Source of the DNA: an uncultured delta proteobacterium
GTDB taxonomy: Bacteria; Myxococcota; Myxococcia; Myxococcales; Myxococcaceae
DNA length: 64,000 nt
NCBI GenBank assembly: GCA_963771175.1
Contig: CAVYSY010000039.1
Coordinates: forward strand, 397,837 to 461,836
Direction: 5' to 3'
Part shown: positions 1-12,633 of the stretch, in pieces
Layout: the number at the start of each line of letters is the position of its first letter
Position numbering within the stretch: the stretch's first letter is position 1
Program-made: the position numbers and the translations under genes
The notes under the pieces: generated by a model
The model's database searches: none
What the model was told of the DNA's origin: nothing
What the model saw: only the letters and a program-made list of their open reading frames with translations

Positions 1-797
1 ACCGGAATGCCGCGCTCACGCAGCTGCGTGAAGTACATGCGCGTCTGGGCCTCGGGCACCGGCTCCGCCAGCGCCACCAGGTGGAAGGCCGTGCGCGCCG
101 GATCCTTCAGCAGCGCCAGCAGCTTCTCCGCCCTGGCCGAAAACTCCTCCAGGAAGCCCTGCTCCTCCGTCGCCGCGGCCGAGGCCTTCTTGCCCTTGGC
201 ATTGGCCGCCCGCTCCGCCCCCGCCTTCACGAGGCCCAGGAACTTGCGCAGCCCCACCGGCATGTCGAAGAGGCGCAGCGTGTGGCTGGTGGGCGCCGTG
301 TCCACCACCACCCGGTCGAACTCGCCGCTCTCGGCCAGCTCCACCACGTGCAGCAGGCCCAGCAGTTCCTCCAGCCCCGGAACGGCCTGGCTGTACAACT
401 TGCCCAGATCCTCCTCCGACAGGTGGGTGCCCTTCACCGCCGTCTTCTGCAGCGCGGGCAGGTACTTCGTCAGAAAGGGCTTGAGCAGCGTGGCGGGCTC
501 CACCTCCATCGCCCAGAGGCCGCCGTCCGCCTTGCCCTTCGCCGCCTTGCCCTTGCCCTTCGGCTCCGGCTTGGACTCCTTGGGAGCCTCGCCGTCCTCC
601 GCGTCCAGCTTCGCCGGCTTCGCGGACAGCTTCTTCTTCACCAGGTCCGAGAGGGAGCGCACCGGGTCCAACGAAACGAGCAGCACCTTCTCCTTTGGCG
701 CTTCATCCGCAAGCCGCAGCGCGTACGCCGCCGCGAGCGTGGTCTTGCCCACCCCGCCCTTGCCGCCGAAGAAGTGAAGAACTCGCGCGTCGCTCAT
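1..797 (-). CDS. ArsA/GET3-family ATPase (N-terminal part; gene runs off the left window edge)
   Basis: Manual translation from ATG at 797: MSDARVLHFFGGKGGVGKTTLAAAYAL...LLVSLDP...VVDTAPTSHTLRLF. These match the ArsA deviant Walker A and DTAPT motifs. Confidence 0.88.
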   Translation of the reverse strand, partial: MSDARVLHFFGGKGGVGKTTLAAAYALRLADEAPKEKVLLVSLDPVRSLSDLVKKKLSAKPAKLDAEDGEAPKESKPEPKGKGKAAKGKADGGLWAMEVEPATLLKPFLTKYLPALQKTAVKGTHLSEEDLGKLYSQAVPGLEELLGLLHVVELAESGEFDRVVVDTAPTSHTLRLFDMPVGLRKFLGLVKAGAERAANAKGKKASAAATEEQGFLEEFSARAEKLLALLKDPARTAFHLVALAEPVPEAQTRMYFTQLRERGIP

Positions 798-1159
798 GAA
801 AACGTGGCCCTTCCTAGACCCCCCCGGCATGAACGTTCTCCGTCCGTTTGTGGACAACCTTGGAGAAGGTGCACCGACCGTGGACGTACACCCCAAGTAG
901 GGTGCCGTGCTACCGGTGCTCCGTGGGTGTGTGTGACCTGAAGGATCGCCCGCAGTGAGCCTGTGAGTCAAGCGAAGAGGGGTTATCCTACCCCGCATCT
1001 CGCGCACTGCGTCATGCTTGCTTGTCCTATCGGGCATGCGCTCGCCACCCGGTCTCCGGGCATGCGGACAGGGAGTGGAAGCGACGCGCCGAGCTGACCC
1101 TTCAGGTCGCCCCGGGCGCAAAGCCCCCAGAAGTGGGTGGGATCCGGTAGGAGGGCGGC

Positions 1160-2620
<1,461 letters not shown>

Positions 2621-2665
2621 CTGACAATTCGGATGCGGAAATGGTTTCGATGCCCGCTCGAGGGC

Positions 2666-3346
2666 TCAGACGAGAGGGAAGGTCAGCCGGCATAGTCCCG
2701 CGTGAAGCTTGAGCTCCACCCCGAGCTGCGCACAGCGCAGCTCCAGGGCCGCCACCACCTCCGGTGAGTTCTCCGCCGGGGTGTGGATGGCATCGACCAC
2801 CTCGAGCACCGCCCGCGAGTCCTCGGCCCGCACCGACACCGTCACCTCGGCGCCCGACTCCGAGCGTCCGTAGGCCCTCATCAGGGCCTGCACCACCAGG
2901 AAGCCCAGCTCGCCCGTATCCGACAGCCGCGCCCGCACCTCGGGGGCGATCGTCGGGCGCACCTGCAGGCGCCGCTTGCGGCTCTCGTGCGCCAGCACGT
3001 CCAGGGCGCGCGTCACCGTCTCGGATAGGTCCGCATCCCCCACCGAGCCCGGGCGGGCCACGATGAAGTCGGAGAAGCGCCGCAGGATCCCATCCACACG
3101 CTGGATCTGCTCGCGCATGGCCTTGAGGTTCTTCTCCTGCGAGGGCGGCACCTGACCCGTCTCGCCCTTGAGCTTCTCGGAGAGGACCTCGAGGTGGATG
3201 GACAACGCGTTCAAGGGATTGCGCACATCGTGCAGGAGGCTATCCATCAGCGTGGGCACCACACCGTAACGGGCGGCATCCACCACCGGATCGGCCCCTT
3301 CGCGTACCGAGGGCGCACCGCTGCTCGCAGCCGTGGAGGAAATCAC
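2666..3346 (-). CDS. Small cytoplasmic histidine kinase with degenerate ATP-binding domain (Nla6S-like)
   Basis: H-box LLHDVRNPLNAL is present. The C-terminal domain lacks recognisable N/G1/F/G2 boxes. 226 aa, directly upstream of the NtrC-type regulator. Confidence 0.8.
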   Translation of the reverse strand: MISSTAASSGAPSVREGADPVVDAARYGVVPTLMDSLLHDVRNPLNALSIHLEVLSEKLKGETGQVPPSQEKNLKAMREQIQRVDGILRRFSDFIVARPGSVGDADLSETVTRALDVLAHESRKRRLQVRPTIAPEVRARLSDTGELGFLVVQALMRAYGRSESGAEVTVSVRAEDSRAVLEVVDAIHTPAENSPEVVAALELRCAQLGVELKLHAGLCRLTFPLV

Positions 3347-3584
3347 GAGAGCTCCTAGAAGGTTGACCGGCGCCCCAAACCCCCGCCGCCCTGTCGCCGC
3401 GAGGATTTAGGGAGCCCCTCTGACACCGTCAACCCTGGGGCGGTAATTCTTGCCGGCTGCGGCGAATTCCCACAGCAAAGCGTCGGCCACCTCGCCAACC
3501 GGTGTCCCAAAGAGAACGCTTCACTTGTACCGCCGGACCAGTCCACGCGGAGTTCGTGAACTGCCCGACATCATCCGGTGGAGC

Positions 3585-4049
3585 TCAGCGCTCGCCTGCC
3601 GGCCGCTCCTCGGGGCCCGGGCCCACGAGCTCGATCTCCAGCCGGGCCGCGTACTCGAAGATGCGCGGATCACGGTAGAACTCGCCGTAGACGATGCGGC
3701 GCACGCCCGTGTTCGCGATCAGCTTGAAGCACGGCCAGCAGGGACTGGCGGTGGTGTAGAGCGTGGTGGGCTTCTCTCGCTCACTGTCGATCCGCACACC
3801 GTTCTTGGCCGCCTGGAGGATGGCGTTGGCCTCGGCGTGGACGGTGGCCACACAGTGGCCGTTCTCCATCATGTGGCCCACGTCGTCGCAGTGGGGCAGG
3901 CCCCGGATGGCGCCGTTGTAGCCGGTGGAGAGGATGGTGCGGTCGCGCACCAGGAGCGCACCCACATGCTTCCTGTCGCACGTGGCTCGGCTGGCCACCT
4001 GGCGCGCGATGTCCATGAAGTACTGATCCCAGGAGTTCCGGTTGCCCAT
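3585..4049 (-). CDS. dCMP deaminase / cytidine-deoxycytidylate deaminase family protein
   Basis: WDQYFM, RATC, TGYNG, HAEANAI and PCWPC zinc-binding motifs. Confidence 0.92.
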   Translation of the reverse strand: MGNRNSWDQYFMDIARQVASRATCDRKHVGALLVRDRTILSTGYNGAIRGLPHCDDVGHMMENGHCVATVHAEANAILQAAKNGVRIDSEREKPTTLYTTASPCWPCFKLIANTGVRRIVYGEFYRDPRIFEYAARLEIELVGPGPEERPAGER

Positions 4050-4122
4050 GCGTGCCTCCCCGCCTCCGGCATGTACCGTGGCGGAGGGCGCTGTCGAGTT
4101 TTCCGGCCGACTCCCGAGCGGG

Positions 4123-5010
4123 CTAGCGGCTGGCGGTCTGCGAGCCGTCGGTGCCCGAGCCCGTCGCGGTGCCGCCGAGCAACCGGGCGAAGCCCTTCTG
4201 CTGGAGGAACTGGCGCACCTTGGAGCTGGGGGCGGCGAAGGTTTCTCCGGGCATGGGCACGTCGAAGCTGAAGTTCTGCTCGGCCACGGCGAAGCCCACC
4301 TTGGCGGTGCGGTAGCCCTCGACGATGGCGAGCAGCTTGCCGGACTCCAGGCTGAAGATGCCGCCGCCAGAGGCGCCGTAGCCGATGGCCGCGTCCGTCT
4401 TCAGCATGAGCGGCTTCTTGGTCTGCTTGTCCCACTCGAGCTGGGACACCATGCCGCCGGAGAGCGACAGAGCCCGGCCGAAGGGCGAGGCAGCCACCAC
4501 CACGTCATCGCCCAGCTCCAGTTCCGTGTCGGCGGCGAGCCGCGCGGGCTCCAGCGGCAGGCCGGGCACCTTCACCAGCGCCAGATCCATGTCCGGCACC
4601 ACGCCCGTGGCCACCACCTGCGCTCCGTACTCGGTGGAGTCGGCGCGGTCGTCCACGATGACGACGAGGCGCGGCTCCTTCAGGTCGCCCATCTCCACCG
4701 CGTGCGCGTTGGTGAGCACGTAGCTGACGAGCCCCTCGGCGGTCTTCTCGTTGCCGATGACGACGCCCGAGGCGGTGCGCCGCGCCTTGCCGCCCTCGTG
4801 GATGGCGAGCCGCACGTTGTGCGGGAGGATTCGCTTCACCAACTCCTTACGCGTGGGCCGGGGCGCCAGGGCGCCTGGCGCCTGCATCACCACCGGAGTG
4901 GAGCCCCCACCGCCGGTGCCCGCGCCCTCGGTGAGGGCGACCGGGTTCGGTGCCGCGGCACAGGACAGGAGTGCGAAGAGGGCAGGCGCGCCCAGGGCGA
5001 AACGAGGCAT
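4123..5010 (-). CDS. Trypsin-like (S1) serine protease, probable lipoprotein
   Basis: Signal peptide with lipobox-like LLSC. Catalytic triad motifs TNAHAV, DLAL and GASGG. Confidence 0.85.
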   Translation of the reverse strand: MPRFALGAPALFALLSCAAAPNPVALTEGAGTGGGGSTPVVMQAPGALAPRPTRKELVKRILPHNVRLAIHEGGKARRTASGVVIGNEKTAEGLVSYVLTNAHAVEMGDLKEPRLVVIVDDRADSTEYGAQVVATGVVPDMDLALVKVPGLPLEPARLAADTELELGDDVVVAASPFGRALSLSGGMVSQLEWDKQTKKPLMLKTDAAIGYGASGGGIFSLESGKLLAIVEGYRTAKVGFAVAEQNFSFDVPMPGETFAAPSSKVRQFLQQKGFARLLGGTATGSGTDGSQTASR

Positions 5011-5146
5011 CGACGCTCCGAAACAGAGGGGGGAAGGGGGAACAAAGACCCTCAACCACTATTGAGCCCCCAGTTTCCCCTTGCTACGCATTTTCGGAAA
5101 GCACCACGCCCAGCGAGCGCCCGTCCGCCCGGCTGCTCGCGGCCGT

Positions 5147-7415
5147 TCAGCCGTAGCGCTTCTTCATGAGGAAGAGGATGGCGTCCTTGGCGCAGTGCTC
5201 GCAGTAGCCGTAGCGCTCGTGCATCGTCTTGAGGGTGCTCTCCACCTGGGTCTGCTCGCGCGAGGACAACGTGCCGCGCTCCTCGGAGAGGTACTTGAGG
5301 ATGTTCTCCTTGTTGCGGCGCAGCACCCGCTTGCGCTCCTCGAAGTAGTGGTCGCGCAGGCGGCGGAACAGGTCCGGGAAGATGCGCGGGTAGTCCATCT
5401 CCGCGTCCGGGTTGTCCAGCTTGTGCGCGCCGATCTGCGGTGATGAGCCCGCGGCGGTACTCGCCCGGATCCTCGCCCCGAGGCATCACGATGGCCTCCA
5501 GCTCCGCCATGCGCTGCTCGTCCGGGCGCTCCATCTCGCCGGTGATCCGGTTGCGGATCTTCTCGCCCTTCACCCAGTGGCTCACGTTGTAGACGTAGCG
5601 CTCCACCAGCTCACGGTACTGGCCCTCGGAGACGAGCCCCATGGACTCGCGCACCTCCTCGTCCACCCGGTCGAGGTACTCGGCCTCCACCGCGCGCACG
5701 AACTCCTCGTGGTCGTGGTAGCCGTCCACCACCTCCTGCAGGAGGAACTCGTAGACGCTCTTGTCCTTGCAGATGGCCTCGAGCTCCTCGAGCACCGCCA
5801 GCGCGTTGAGGCACTTGTAGTCGGCGTTCTGCGCGGCGTTGAAGAGCGCCGTCTTGATCTCCCGGGCGCTCGCGCCGCTGCGGCCCTCGTAGTTGGGGTA
5901 GGCGTCGGACTCCTCGTAGATGTCCGTGCGCAGCTTCCGCAGCTCCTTGCCGTGCGAGAGGCTCAGCCGGTCCGGCACCACGCCCTCCTCGTACAGGTGC
6001 ATCTTCTCCACCGGCGTCACCTGATCCACGAGCTCCTTCACCTCGGGCGGGTAGCGCTCGGGGATGGGCTTCTTGAGGCGGGTGAGCACGGCCCACATGG
6101 CGGCCACCTCGGTGGCGTGCGGGGCCACGTGCTTGCCCACGGTGGTGGGGGTGATTTGAGCGTCGTAGATCTCCTGCTCCAGCTTGTAGCGGCGCAGGTA
6201 GGGCACGCGCACCAGCTCGATGCGGCCCTTGAAGGAGGCGAAGTCCGGCAGCTCCTTGAAGGCGGCCAGGTGCTTCTCGTTGGACGAGGCGATGAGCACC
6301 TCGTCGAGCTGCAGCACGAAGTGCTCGAGCGGCACCTGCGACGTCTCGCTGAAGCCCAGCAGGTACTTGAAGGCCTCCAGCGGGCGCTTGAGCAGATCCG
6401 AGTACTCGATGATGCCGCGGTTGGCGTGGACGAGCGGGCCGTGGGGCTCGAAGAGGGCCACGTTGTGGAGCGCGGGCGGGACGTTGAGCTGGGTGCGGTC
6501 CGCCGTCACCTGCTGGTACATGGCGTCCACGCTCATCTGCGGCTCCACCGTCACCGTGCCCACCTGGTAGCGGCGCGAGATGTAGAAGCGCTCGACGCGC
6601 ACGTGGCGCAGCACCTGGAGGTAGTCGCCCTTGTAGTTGGCCAGCAGCGCCGTGTAGATGCTGCGGCACTTGTGGCACATCTCTCCGCCGAGGATGTAGT
6701 CGGAGAGGACGAAGTCGCTGTCCCCCTGCCCGTCCCCGTTGCCCAGGCCCTTCTTCTTCAGCGCACCCTCCAGCAGGCGATGGCGCTCGGTGGGAGGCAC
6801 GACGAAGAGCGGGTGATCCCGCAGCTCGCAGGGGATGCGCACGTCGATGGACTCGGCATCCAGGTGCGCGTAGGTGGAGAACTCTCCGGCGGGACTCGCC
6901 GCCGCGGTCGCGGCGCGCTCGCCTCCGAAGCCGATGGAGCCCTTGACGAGCTTCTCCGAGGGGAAGATCCAACTGACGCGGTAGAGGGCCCCCTGGGGCT
7001 GGCGCGAGTAGTCCTCCATCCCGGTCTTGAGCGCGTTGACGAGGGTCGACTTCGCGCTGCCGTTGGGGCCGTGCAGCATGATGAGCTTGTTGATGCGGCC
7101 GGCGCGCGTGAAGTTGCCGAGCATCCGGTAGATGGCGTTCTGGACCTCCTCCTGGCCCGCGACGCGGCCGTTCCGGTCGCTCGAGGGAACGTCGAAGACC
7201 TTGAACCGGCGGATCTTCCCGGTGGGGTGCGGCACCTGCTCGGTGCCATAGTGGTCCATCACGTCCCGCAAGTACTGGGCGGCGTTGCGCGACTGCCCCC
7301 GTGGATCCCCCATGAAGAGCGAGAGGTACTCCTCGAAGGACAGGATGGAGCGATTCTTGACGAAGTCGTCGGACACCTGGGCGCCCACTTCCTGCAGGTA
7401 TCGCTTGGCTTCCAC
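5147..7415 (-). CDS. PrkA/YeaG-family AAA serine protein kinase (frameshift near 5430)
   Basis: Walker A HGPNGSAKST, ANRGIIEYSDLLK, RVPY and GASARE motifs. The C-terminus continues in ORF 5147..5398. Confidence 0.85.
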
Positions 7416-7517
7416 GGGATGACTCCTCTGTGCTGTAGTTCAGGAACCCACTAACCACGCCGGCGGGTCGCCGCCATGTCGCGCGGGACCCACGGAACTT
7501 TCCTCTCGGGGAGCGGG

Positions 7518-10241
7518 ATGTCCAGGGCCCTTCTTTCCGTTGTGTTGTTGGCAGTGCTCTCCGCCTGCCCGCCTACCTCCACGACGCCGTGCGACACGGA
7601 CGCCGAGTGTCCCGGAGGCCGCTGCCGCTACGGCGGATGCGGCCCGGTGTGCCTGGATGACGCCGAGTGTGGCGGAGGTCAGGTGTGCACCGGAGGTGCC
7701 TGCGCTCCCCGCCCCGAGTGCACACGGGCCACCGACTGCGCCGAGGGCTTCGCCTGCACGGAGGGCCGCTGCCTGTGCGGCTCGGACTCGGCCTGTGCCT
7801 CCAACCAGGTGTGCCGCGAGGGCCGCTGTGTGACGGCCTCCGCGTGCACCTCGGCGGCCGACTGTCCGGCCGGCCAGCGCTGCGAGCCGCTCCAGGGCGT
7901 GTGCCAGGTGCCCTGCACCCAGGCCTCGGACTGCGCCCCCGGGGTGGATCCGCGAGTGGCCTCCCTCCTCTACGTCTGCCGGGCGGGCGACTGTCTGCGG
8001 CAGTGCCTGAATGATCAACTGTGCGGCGCGGGCTTCATCTGCGAGGCCGGCACGTGCGCCCGCTCTGGCTGCGTCACGAAGGCGGATTGCCCCTCGGGCC
8101 AGTACTGCACCAGCGCCACCGCGGGCCGCTGCCTCGAGTTCCAGACCTGTGCCTCCAACGCCGAGTGCGGCCCCAACACCGAGTGCCGCGCCTTCGCATC
8201 CGGTGCATGCCCCCCGGGCTTCGACTGCGCGACGAAGATCTGCCAGGAGTTGCCGCGCTGCCTCGTGGACACGGAGTGCTCCGCCACCGCGTACTGCCGG
8301 GACTCGCACTGCCAGCCCACGACCGCGTGCTCCGAGGGGACGGCCTGCCCCTCGGGCCTCACCTGCGTGGCGAACCGGTGCGTGCCCGGCGGCTGCCGGG
8401 GTCACGCGGACTGCGCTCCGGGCGAGGCCTGCACGGACGGCGCCTGCCGCCCCGCGCCCTCGGCGAACCAAATCGTCTCCATCGCCCTCAGCCCCAAGAC
8501 GACCACGCTCGTGGTGGGCGGGACGGTGCAGCTCTCGCTGGTGGCCTACACGCTGGACGGTTCCAGCTTCCCCCTGGCGCAGGGCACCTTCTCGGCGGTG
8601 GATACGAGCGGCGCTCCCAGCAGCGCGGTGACGGTGTCGTCCTCGGGCCTGGTGACGGCCATGGCCGCCGGGACGGTGCGCGTGCAGGCACGGCCCACGG
8701 GCGCGGCCGTCTCCCCCCAGGAGACCTCTCTCCTCGTGCTGCCCGCGCTGGAGACCGGACGGCGGCTCACCGTGATGGACACGACCACCCGGCGCCCGCT
8801 CGCGGGCGTGGAGGTGCTCGGCTGTGACGCGCCTCCCGCCACGGGCCCCTGCCCCACCCCCGTCACGGTGACGACGGACGCGAGCGGCGTGGCCCTCTTC
8901 CCCGACTTCGCCGGAGCCACCGCCAGCTTCTCCGCCGCCTCGCCCGAGCTGCGAGCGGACGGGCTGCCCCGCTACGACCGCGTCTCCGTGGCCACCACGA
9001 CCGCTCGTGACGTGCTGCTGCCGCTCTCGGAGAACCCCGTCCACGGCGCCGCTGGCTTCAACGCCGGCATCAGCTTCAACGAGGTCCACTCCTCCGGCGA
9101 GCTCTGGCTCGGGTTCTCCGTGCTGTCCGCTGGAGATCCGACGGCGGTGGATCTCACCAACCTCTTCGGGGAGACCTTCCTCATCTCCATCCCCGGCCTC
9201 CCCCAGCGCGTCCCCGCTCCCGGCGCCCTGGTGGGCTATGCGTCCCTCGGGCTCGCGGGGAACTCGGAGCTCAAGGCGCGCTCGTACGGGCTGGGACAGG
9301 CGGGACGCCGCACCGCGGTGGCCTTCGCCGGCAAGCTACCGCTCGCGCAGGCCACGAGCCTCCGCCCCGCGGACCTGCTCGCCTACAGCGGCGCGATGGA
9401 CTACTCGCTCCAGGCCTTCACCTCCATCACCCACCTGCCCTACGCGCCGGACACCACGGACCTCGACGGGGACGGCCTGTGCACGGACACCGCGCGCTGC
9501 CAGGGCAGCGAGGACCTGCCGGACTACAGCCGCTTCACCGGCATCTCCCACCGCCCCCGCCGCGAGCAGCTCCGCCGCACGGAGGTGGTGCTCCCCAACC
9601 TGCCCTCCGGGCTCGACACGGCCGTGGTCGCCGCCGTGGAGCTGTCTCCCGAGGCGGGGCTCGTGCCCATGGGGCTCGCCTCGCGCACGGGTGGGACGGC
9701 GCAGCCGGACGGGACGCGGCCCGTGCAGCCGGTGGTGCTGCGCAGTGGCGCGCCGTACGGAGGCGCCGAGGTGGGGACTCCCGGGCTCTGGGCGCTCGCC
9801 ACCGCCGCCAACTCGGGGGCGTCCGTCAGCGGGCACATCGTCCGGGGCGCCACCCTCCCCACCCGCGTCTCCGTCCCCGCCTTCCTGCCCCTCCCCACCG
9901 CCTCCTACACGTCCGGGAGCCGCACCTTCACGCCGTCCCCGACGAGCTGGAGCGAGCTGGCCGGGGCGGGCGCGGGGCTCGTCCGGGTGACGCTCACCGG
10001 GGCCCAGGGGCGGCACGTGGTGTTCTTCGCACTGGACGCGAGTGGGGGGGCAATCCGGGTGCCGGACGCTCCCGCGGGGGCCGATGCGGATCCCGCCGGA
10101 CTGACCGGGGCCTCCCTGGAGGTGGCGGCCCTCAAGCTGGCCGAGGGGCTGTCCGCCGAGGGGGCGCTGGATACGCCCGGGGTGAACCTGCTGCAACTGC
10201 CCGTGGTGCTGGACGCCTACTCTCGCTCGCGACCCCCGTGA
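7518..10241 (+). CDS. Large lipoprotein with Cys-rich repeats and an Ig-like (Big_2-type) domain
   Basis: Lipobox LSAC, many C-x4-C-x4/5-C-x4-C repeats, then an Ig-like segment (SIALSPKTTTLVVGGTVQL...VSSSGLVTA...GTVRV). Confidence 0.78.
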   Translation: MSRALLSVVLLAVLSACPPTSTTPCDTDAECPGGRCRYGGCGPVCLDDAECGGGQVCTGGACAPRPECTRATDCAEGFACTEGRCLCGSDSACASNQVCREGRCVTASACTSAADCPAGQRCEPLQGVCQVPCTQASDCAPGVDPRVASLLYVCRAGDCLRQCLNDQLCGAGFICEAGTCARSGCVTKADCPSGQYCTSATAGRCLEFQTCASNAECGPNTECRAFASGACPPGFDCATKICQELPRCLVDTECSATAYCRDSHCQPTTACSEGTACPSGLTCVANRCVPGGCRGHADCAPGEACTDGACRPAPSANQIVSIALSPKTTTLVVGGTVQLSLVAYTLDGSSFPLAQGTFSAVDTSGAPSSAVTVSSSGLVTAMAAGTVRVQARPTGAAVSPQETSLLVLPALETGRRLTVMDTTTRRPLAGVEVLGCDAPPATGPCPTPVTVTTDASGVALFPDFAGATASFSAASPELRADGLPRYDRVSVATTTARDVLLPLSENPVHGAAGFNAGISFNEVHSSGELWLGFSVLSAGDPTAVDLTNLFGETFLISIPGLPQRVPAPGALVGYASLGLAGNSELKARSYGLGQAGRRTAVAFAGKLPLAQATSLRPADLLAYSGAMDYSLQAFTSITHLPYAPDTTDLDGDGLCTDTARCQGSEDLPDYSRFTGISHRPRREQLRRTEVVLPNLPSGLDTAVVAAVELSPEAGLVPMGLASRTGGTAQPDGTRPVQPVVLRSGAPYGGAEVGTPGLWALATAANSGASVSGHIVRGATLPTRVSVPAFLPLPTASYTSGSRTFTPSPTSWSELAGAGAGLVRVTLTGAQGRHVVFFALDASGGAIRVPDAPAGADADPAGLTGASLEVAALKLAEGLSAEGALDTPGVNLLQLPVVLDAYSRSRPP

Positions 10242-10325
10242 ACTTGAACTAACCTCTCGGGTCCAGGGTTATGGAATGATGGCCATTCCCTCGCCACGAG
10301 CCCTCTTTCTTCGGAGTCCACGCGG

Positions 10326-11849
10326 ATGCACAAGGATCCCATCATCGGCATCGACCTCGGCACGACCAACTCGTGCGCGGCGATCGTCGAGGACGGCGGG
10401 AACGTGAAGCTCATCCCCTACAAGGGCGGCGAGTACACCATCCCGTCCATCTTCGCGATCGACGACAAGGGCAACGAGCTGATCGGCTACGAGGCCAAGC
10501 GCCAGTGGCAGCTCAACCCGAAGAACACCATCTACGGCGCCAAGCGCCTGGTGGGACGCACCTTCCAGAGCGACGTCGTCGACGCCGATGAAGCAAGGTC
10601 GTGGCGTACAGCGATGCGCCCCGGCAAGAAGAACGACGTCGTGCTGGACGTGGGCAAGAGCGAGTTCACCCTCCAGGAGATCAGCGCGAAGATCCTCAAC
10701 AAGATCCGCGACGTCGCCTCCAACCACCTGAAGACGCCCATCAAGCGCGCGGTGGTCACGGTGCCGGCCTACTTCAACGACCGGCAGCGCCAGACGGTGA
10801 AGGACGCGGGCAAGCTCATCGACCTCGAGGTGGTGCGCATCATCAACGAGCCCACCGCGGCGGCGCTGGCCTACGGCGCCGGCAAGGGCACTGCAACCAG
10901 AAGGTGCGTCGTCTACGACCTGGGCGGCGGCACCTTCGACGTGTCCATCATCGAGATCCGCGACCGCGTCTTCGAGGTGAAGGCCACCGGCGGCGACATC
11001 TTCCTGGGCGGCATCGACTTCGACAACGCCATCATCCACCACGTCCTCAAGGACTTCGCGGTCGAAGACGGGCATCGACCTGGCCACGGATCCGGTGGCC
11101 ATGCAGCGCATCAAGGACCTCGCCGAGCGCACGAAGATCGATCTCTCGGCGCGCGAGGAGGTGCCCTTCAACATCCCCTTCATCACGATGACGGCGCAGG
11201 GCCAGCCCCTGAACATCGAGATGAAGTTCACGCGCAAGATGCTGGAGCAGCTCACCAACCACCTGGTGGATCGCACGCTGCAGATGGTGGCGCGGGTGCT
11301 GGTGGACTCGGGGCTGAGCACCAAGGACATCGACGAGGTGCTGCTGGTGGGCGGGCAGACGCGCATGCCCATCGTGCAGGACCGGCTGACGAAGTTCTTC
11401 GGCAAGGCGCCGAGCAAGGGCGTGCACCCGGACGAGGCGGTGGCGATCGGCGCGGCGCTCTACGCGCAGTCGCTGCAGGACGACACCAACCTGCGGCTGC
11501 AGCTGCTGGACGTGATTCCGATGGCCATCGGCCTGGAGAAGGCGGGCGGCGCCTTCCACACGGTGTTCCCGCGCAACGCGCCCATCCCCAACGCCAAGCA
11601 GCTGCTGGCCACCACCAGCATCGACAACAGACCGAGCTGGCCATGCGCATCTACCAGGGCGACAACGACCAGGTGGCGAAGAACGAGCTGCTGGGCGAGT
11701 TCACCTTCTCGGGCATCCGCCCGGACGCGGGCGGGCTCGGTGCAGGTGGAGATCACCTTCGACGTGAACGTCGAAGGCATCCTCACCATGCGCGCCAGGG
11801 ATCCGGCCACCGGCCGCGAGATGAAGACCACGGTGAAGGTGAGCTCTAG
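10326..11849 (+). CDS. Hsp70/DnaK-family protein, short form (several frameshifts)
   Basis: IIGIDLGTTNS, TVPAYFND, IINEPTAAALAYG, YDLGGGTFDVS, LVGGQTRMP and PDEAVAIGAA are spread over frames. Confidence 0.9.
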   Translation: MHKDPIIGIDLGTTNSCAAIVEDGGNVKLIPYKGGEYTIPSIFAIDDKGNELIGYEAKRQWQLNPKNTIYGAKRLVGRTFQSDVVDADEARSWRTAMRPGKKNDVVLDVGKSEFTLQEISAKILNKIRDVASNHLKTPIKRAVVTVPAYFNDRQRQTVKDAGKLIDLEVVRIINEPTAAALAYGAGKGTATRRCVVYDLGGGTFDVSIIEIRDRVFEVKATGGDIFLGGIDFDNAIIHHVLKDFAVEDGHRPGHGSGGHAAHQGPRRAHEDRSLGARGGALQHPLHHDDGAGPAPEHRDEVHAQDAGAAHQPPGGSHAADGGAGAGGLGAEHQGHRRGAAGGRADAHAHRAGPADEVLRQGAEQGRAPGRGGGDRRGALRAVAAGRHQPAAAAAGRDSDGHRPGEGGRRLPHGVPAQRAHPQRQAAAGHHQHRQQTELAMRIYQGDNDQVAKNELLGEFTFSGIRPDAGGLGAGGDHLRRERRRHPHHARQGSGHRPRDEDHGEGEL

Positions 11850-11850
11850 G

Positions 11851-12633
11851 TCAGTGCTCGTGCTTGCAGCGGCCGAGGAAACGGACCAACTCCGTGTGGA
11901 ACCACTGCGGCGAGTCCAGCATCGGCCAGTGACTCGCGTGCGGCAGCACGGAGTGGGTCAGCGAGGGTCGCTGGGCCACCAGCGTCTCCGGGCCGGTGGC
12001 GGTCACCAGCGCGTGGGTGGGCCCCGTGAAGCGCTCGAAGGCCTCGTCCGGGTCGTAGACGAAGAGCGACTCCATGTTTCCGGCGATGGCCTCCCGCCGC
12101 GAGGTGCGCAGCGTCTTCATCACCAGCGCGCGCGTCTTCTCCTTCGACTCCAGGAGCAGCGGCGTGAGCCAGTGCTCGTGGAAGCCGCCATACTTCGCCG
12201 CGCTGAAGTTCTCGATCCAGGCGTCCGCGTCCGCCTTCGCCACGCGGCGCAGGTCTCCCACCGGCTCGACGTAGAGCAGCCCGGCGAGCCGCTCGGAGTA
12301 GTACGAGGCGAAGGCACCGGCCACCGCGGCCCCGAAGCCGTGGCCCACCAGGACGAACTTCTCGGGCAGCAGCGCGTCGGCAACGGCGGCGACATCTTCC
12401 ACCGCGGCCTCCACGCCGAAGGGACCGTGGGCGCCACCGCTCTCGCCCAGCCCGCGCAGGTCGAACGCGACGCTGCGGGTCGCGAGGCCGTGCTGCGTCT
12501 CGGCCCAGTGCGTCCGGTCAGCGGAGATTTCATGCACGAAGAGGACGGGGATACCGCCGTCGCCTTCCACTGTCGCCATCAGTCGCCCCGCGGGTCCGGG
12601 GACAGTCACCGTCTTCGGTTCCTTGTGTCTCAT
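11851..12633 (-). CDS. Alpha/beta-hydrolase fold protein
   Basis: VLFVH, DLRGLGES, VLVGHGFG (nucleophile elbow with Gly in place of Ser) and a C-terminal ASHW. Confidence 0.8.
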   Translation of the reverse strand: MRHKEPKTVTVPGPAGRLMATVEGDGGIPVLFVHEISADRTHWAETQHGLATRSVAFDLRGLGESGGAHGPFGVEAAVEDVAAVADALLPEKFVLVGHGFGAAVAGAFASYYSERLAGLLYVEPVGDLRRVAKADADAWIENFSAAKYGGFHEHWLTPLLLESKEKTRALVMKTLRTSRREAIAGNMESLFVYDPDEAFERFTGPTHALVTATGPETLVAQRPSLTHSVLPHASHWPMLDSPQWFHTELVRFLGRCKHEH

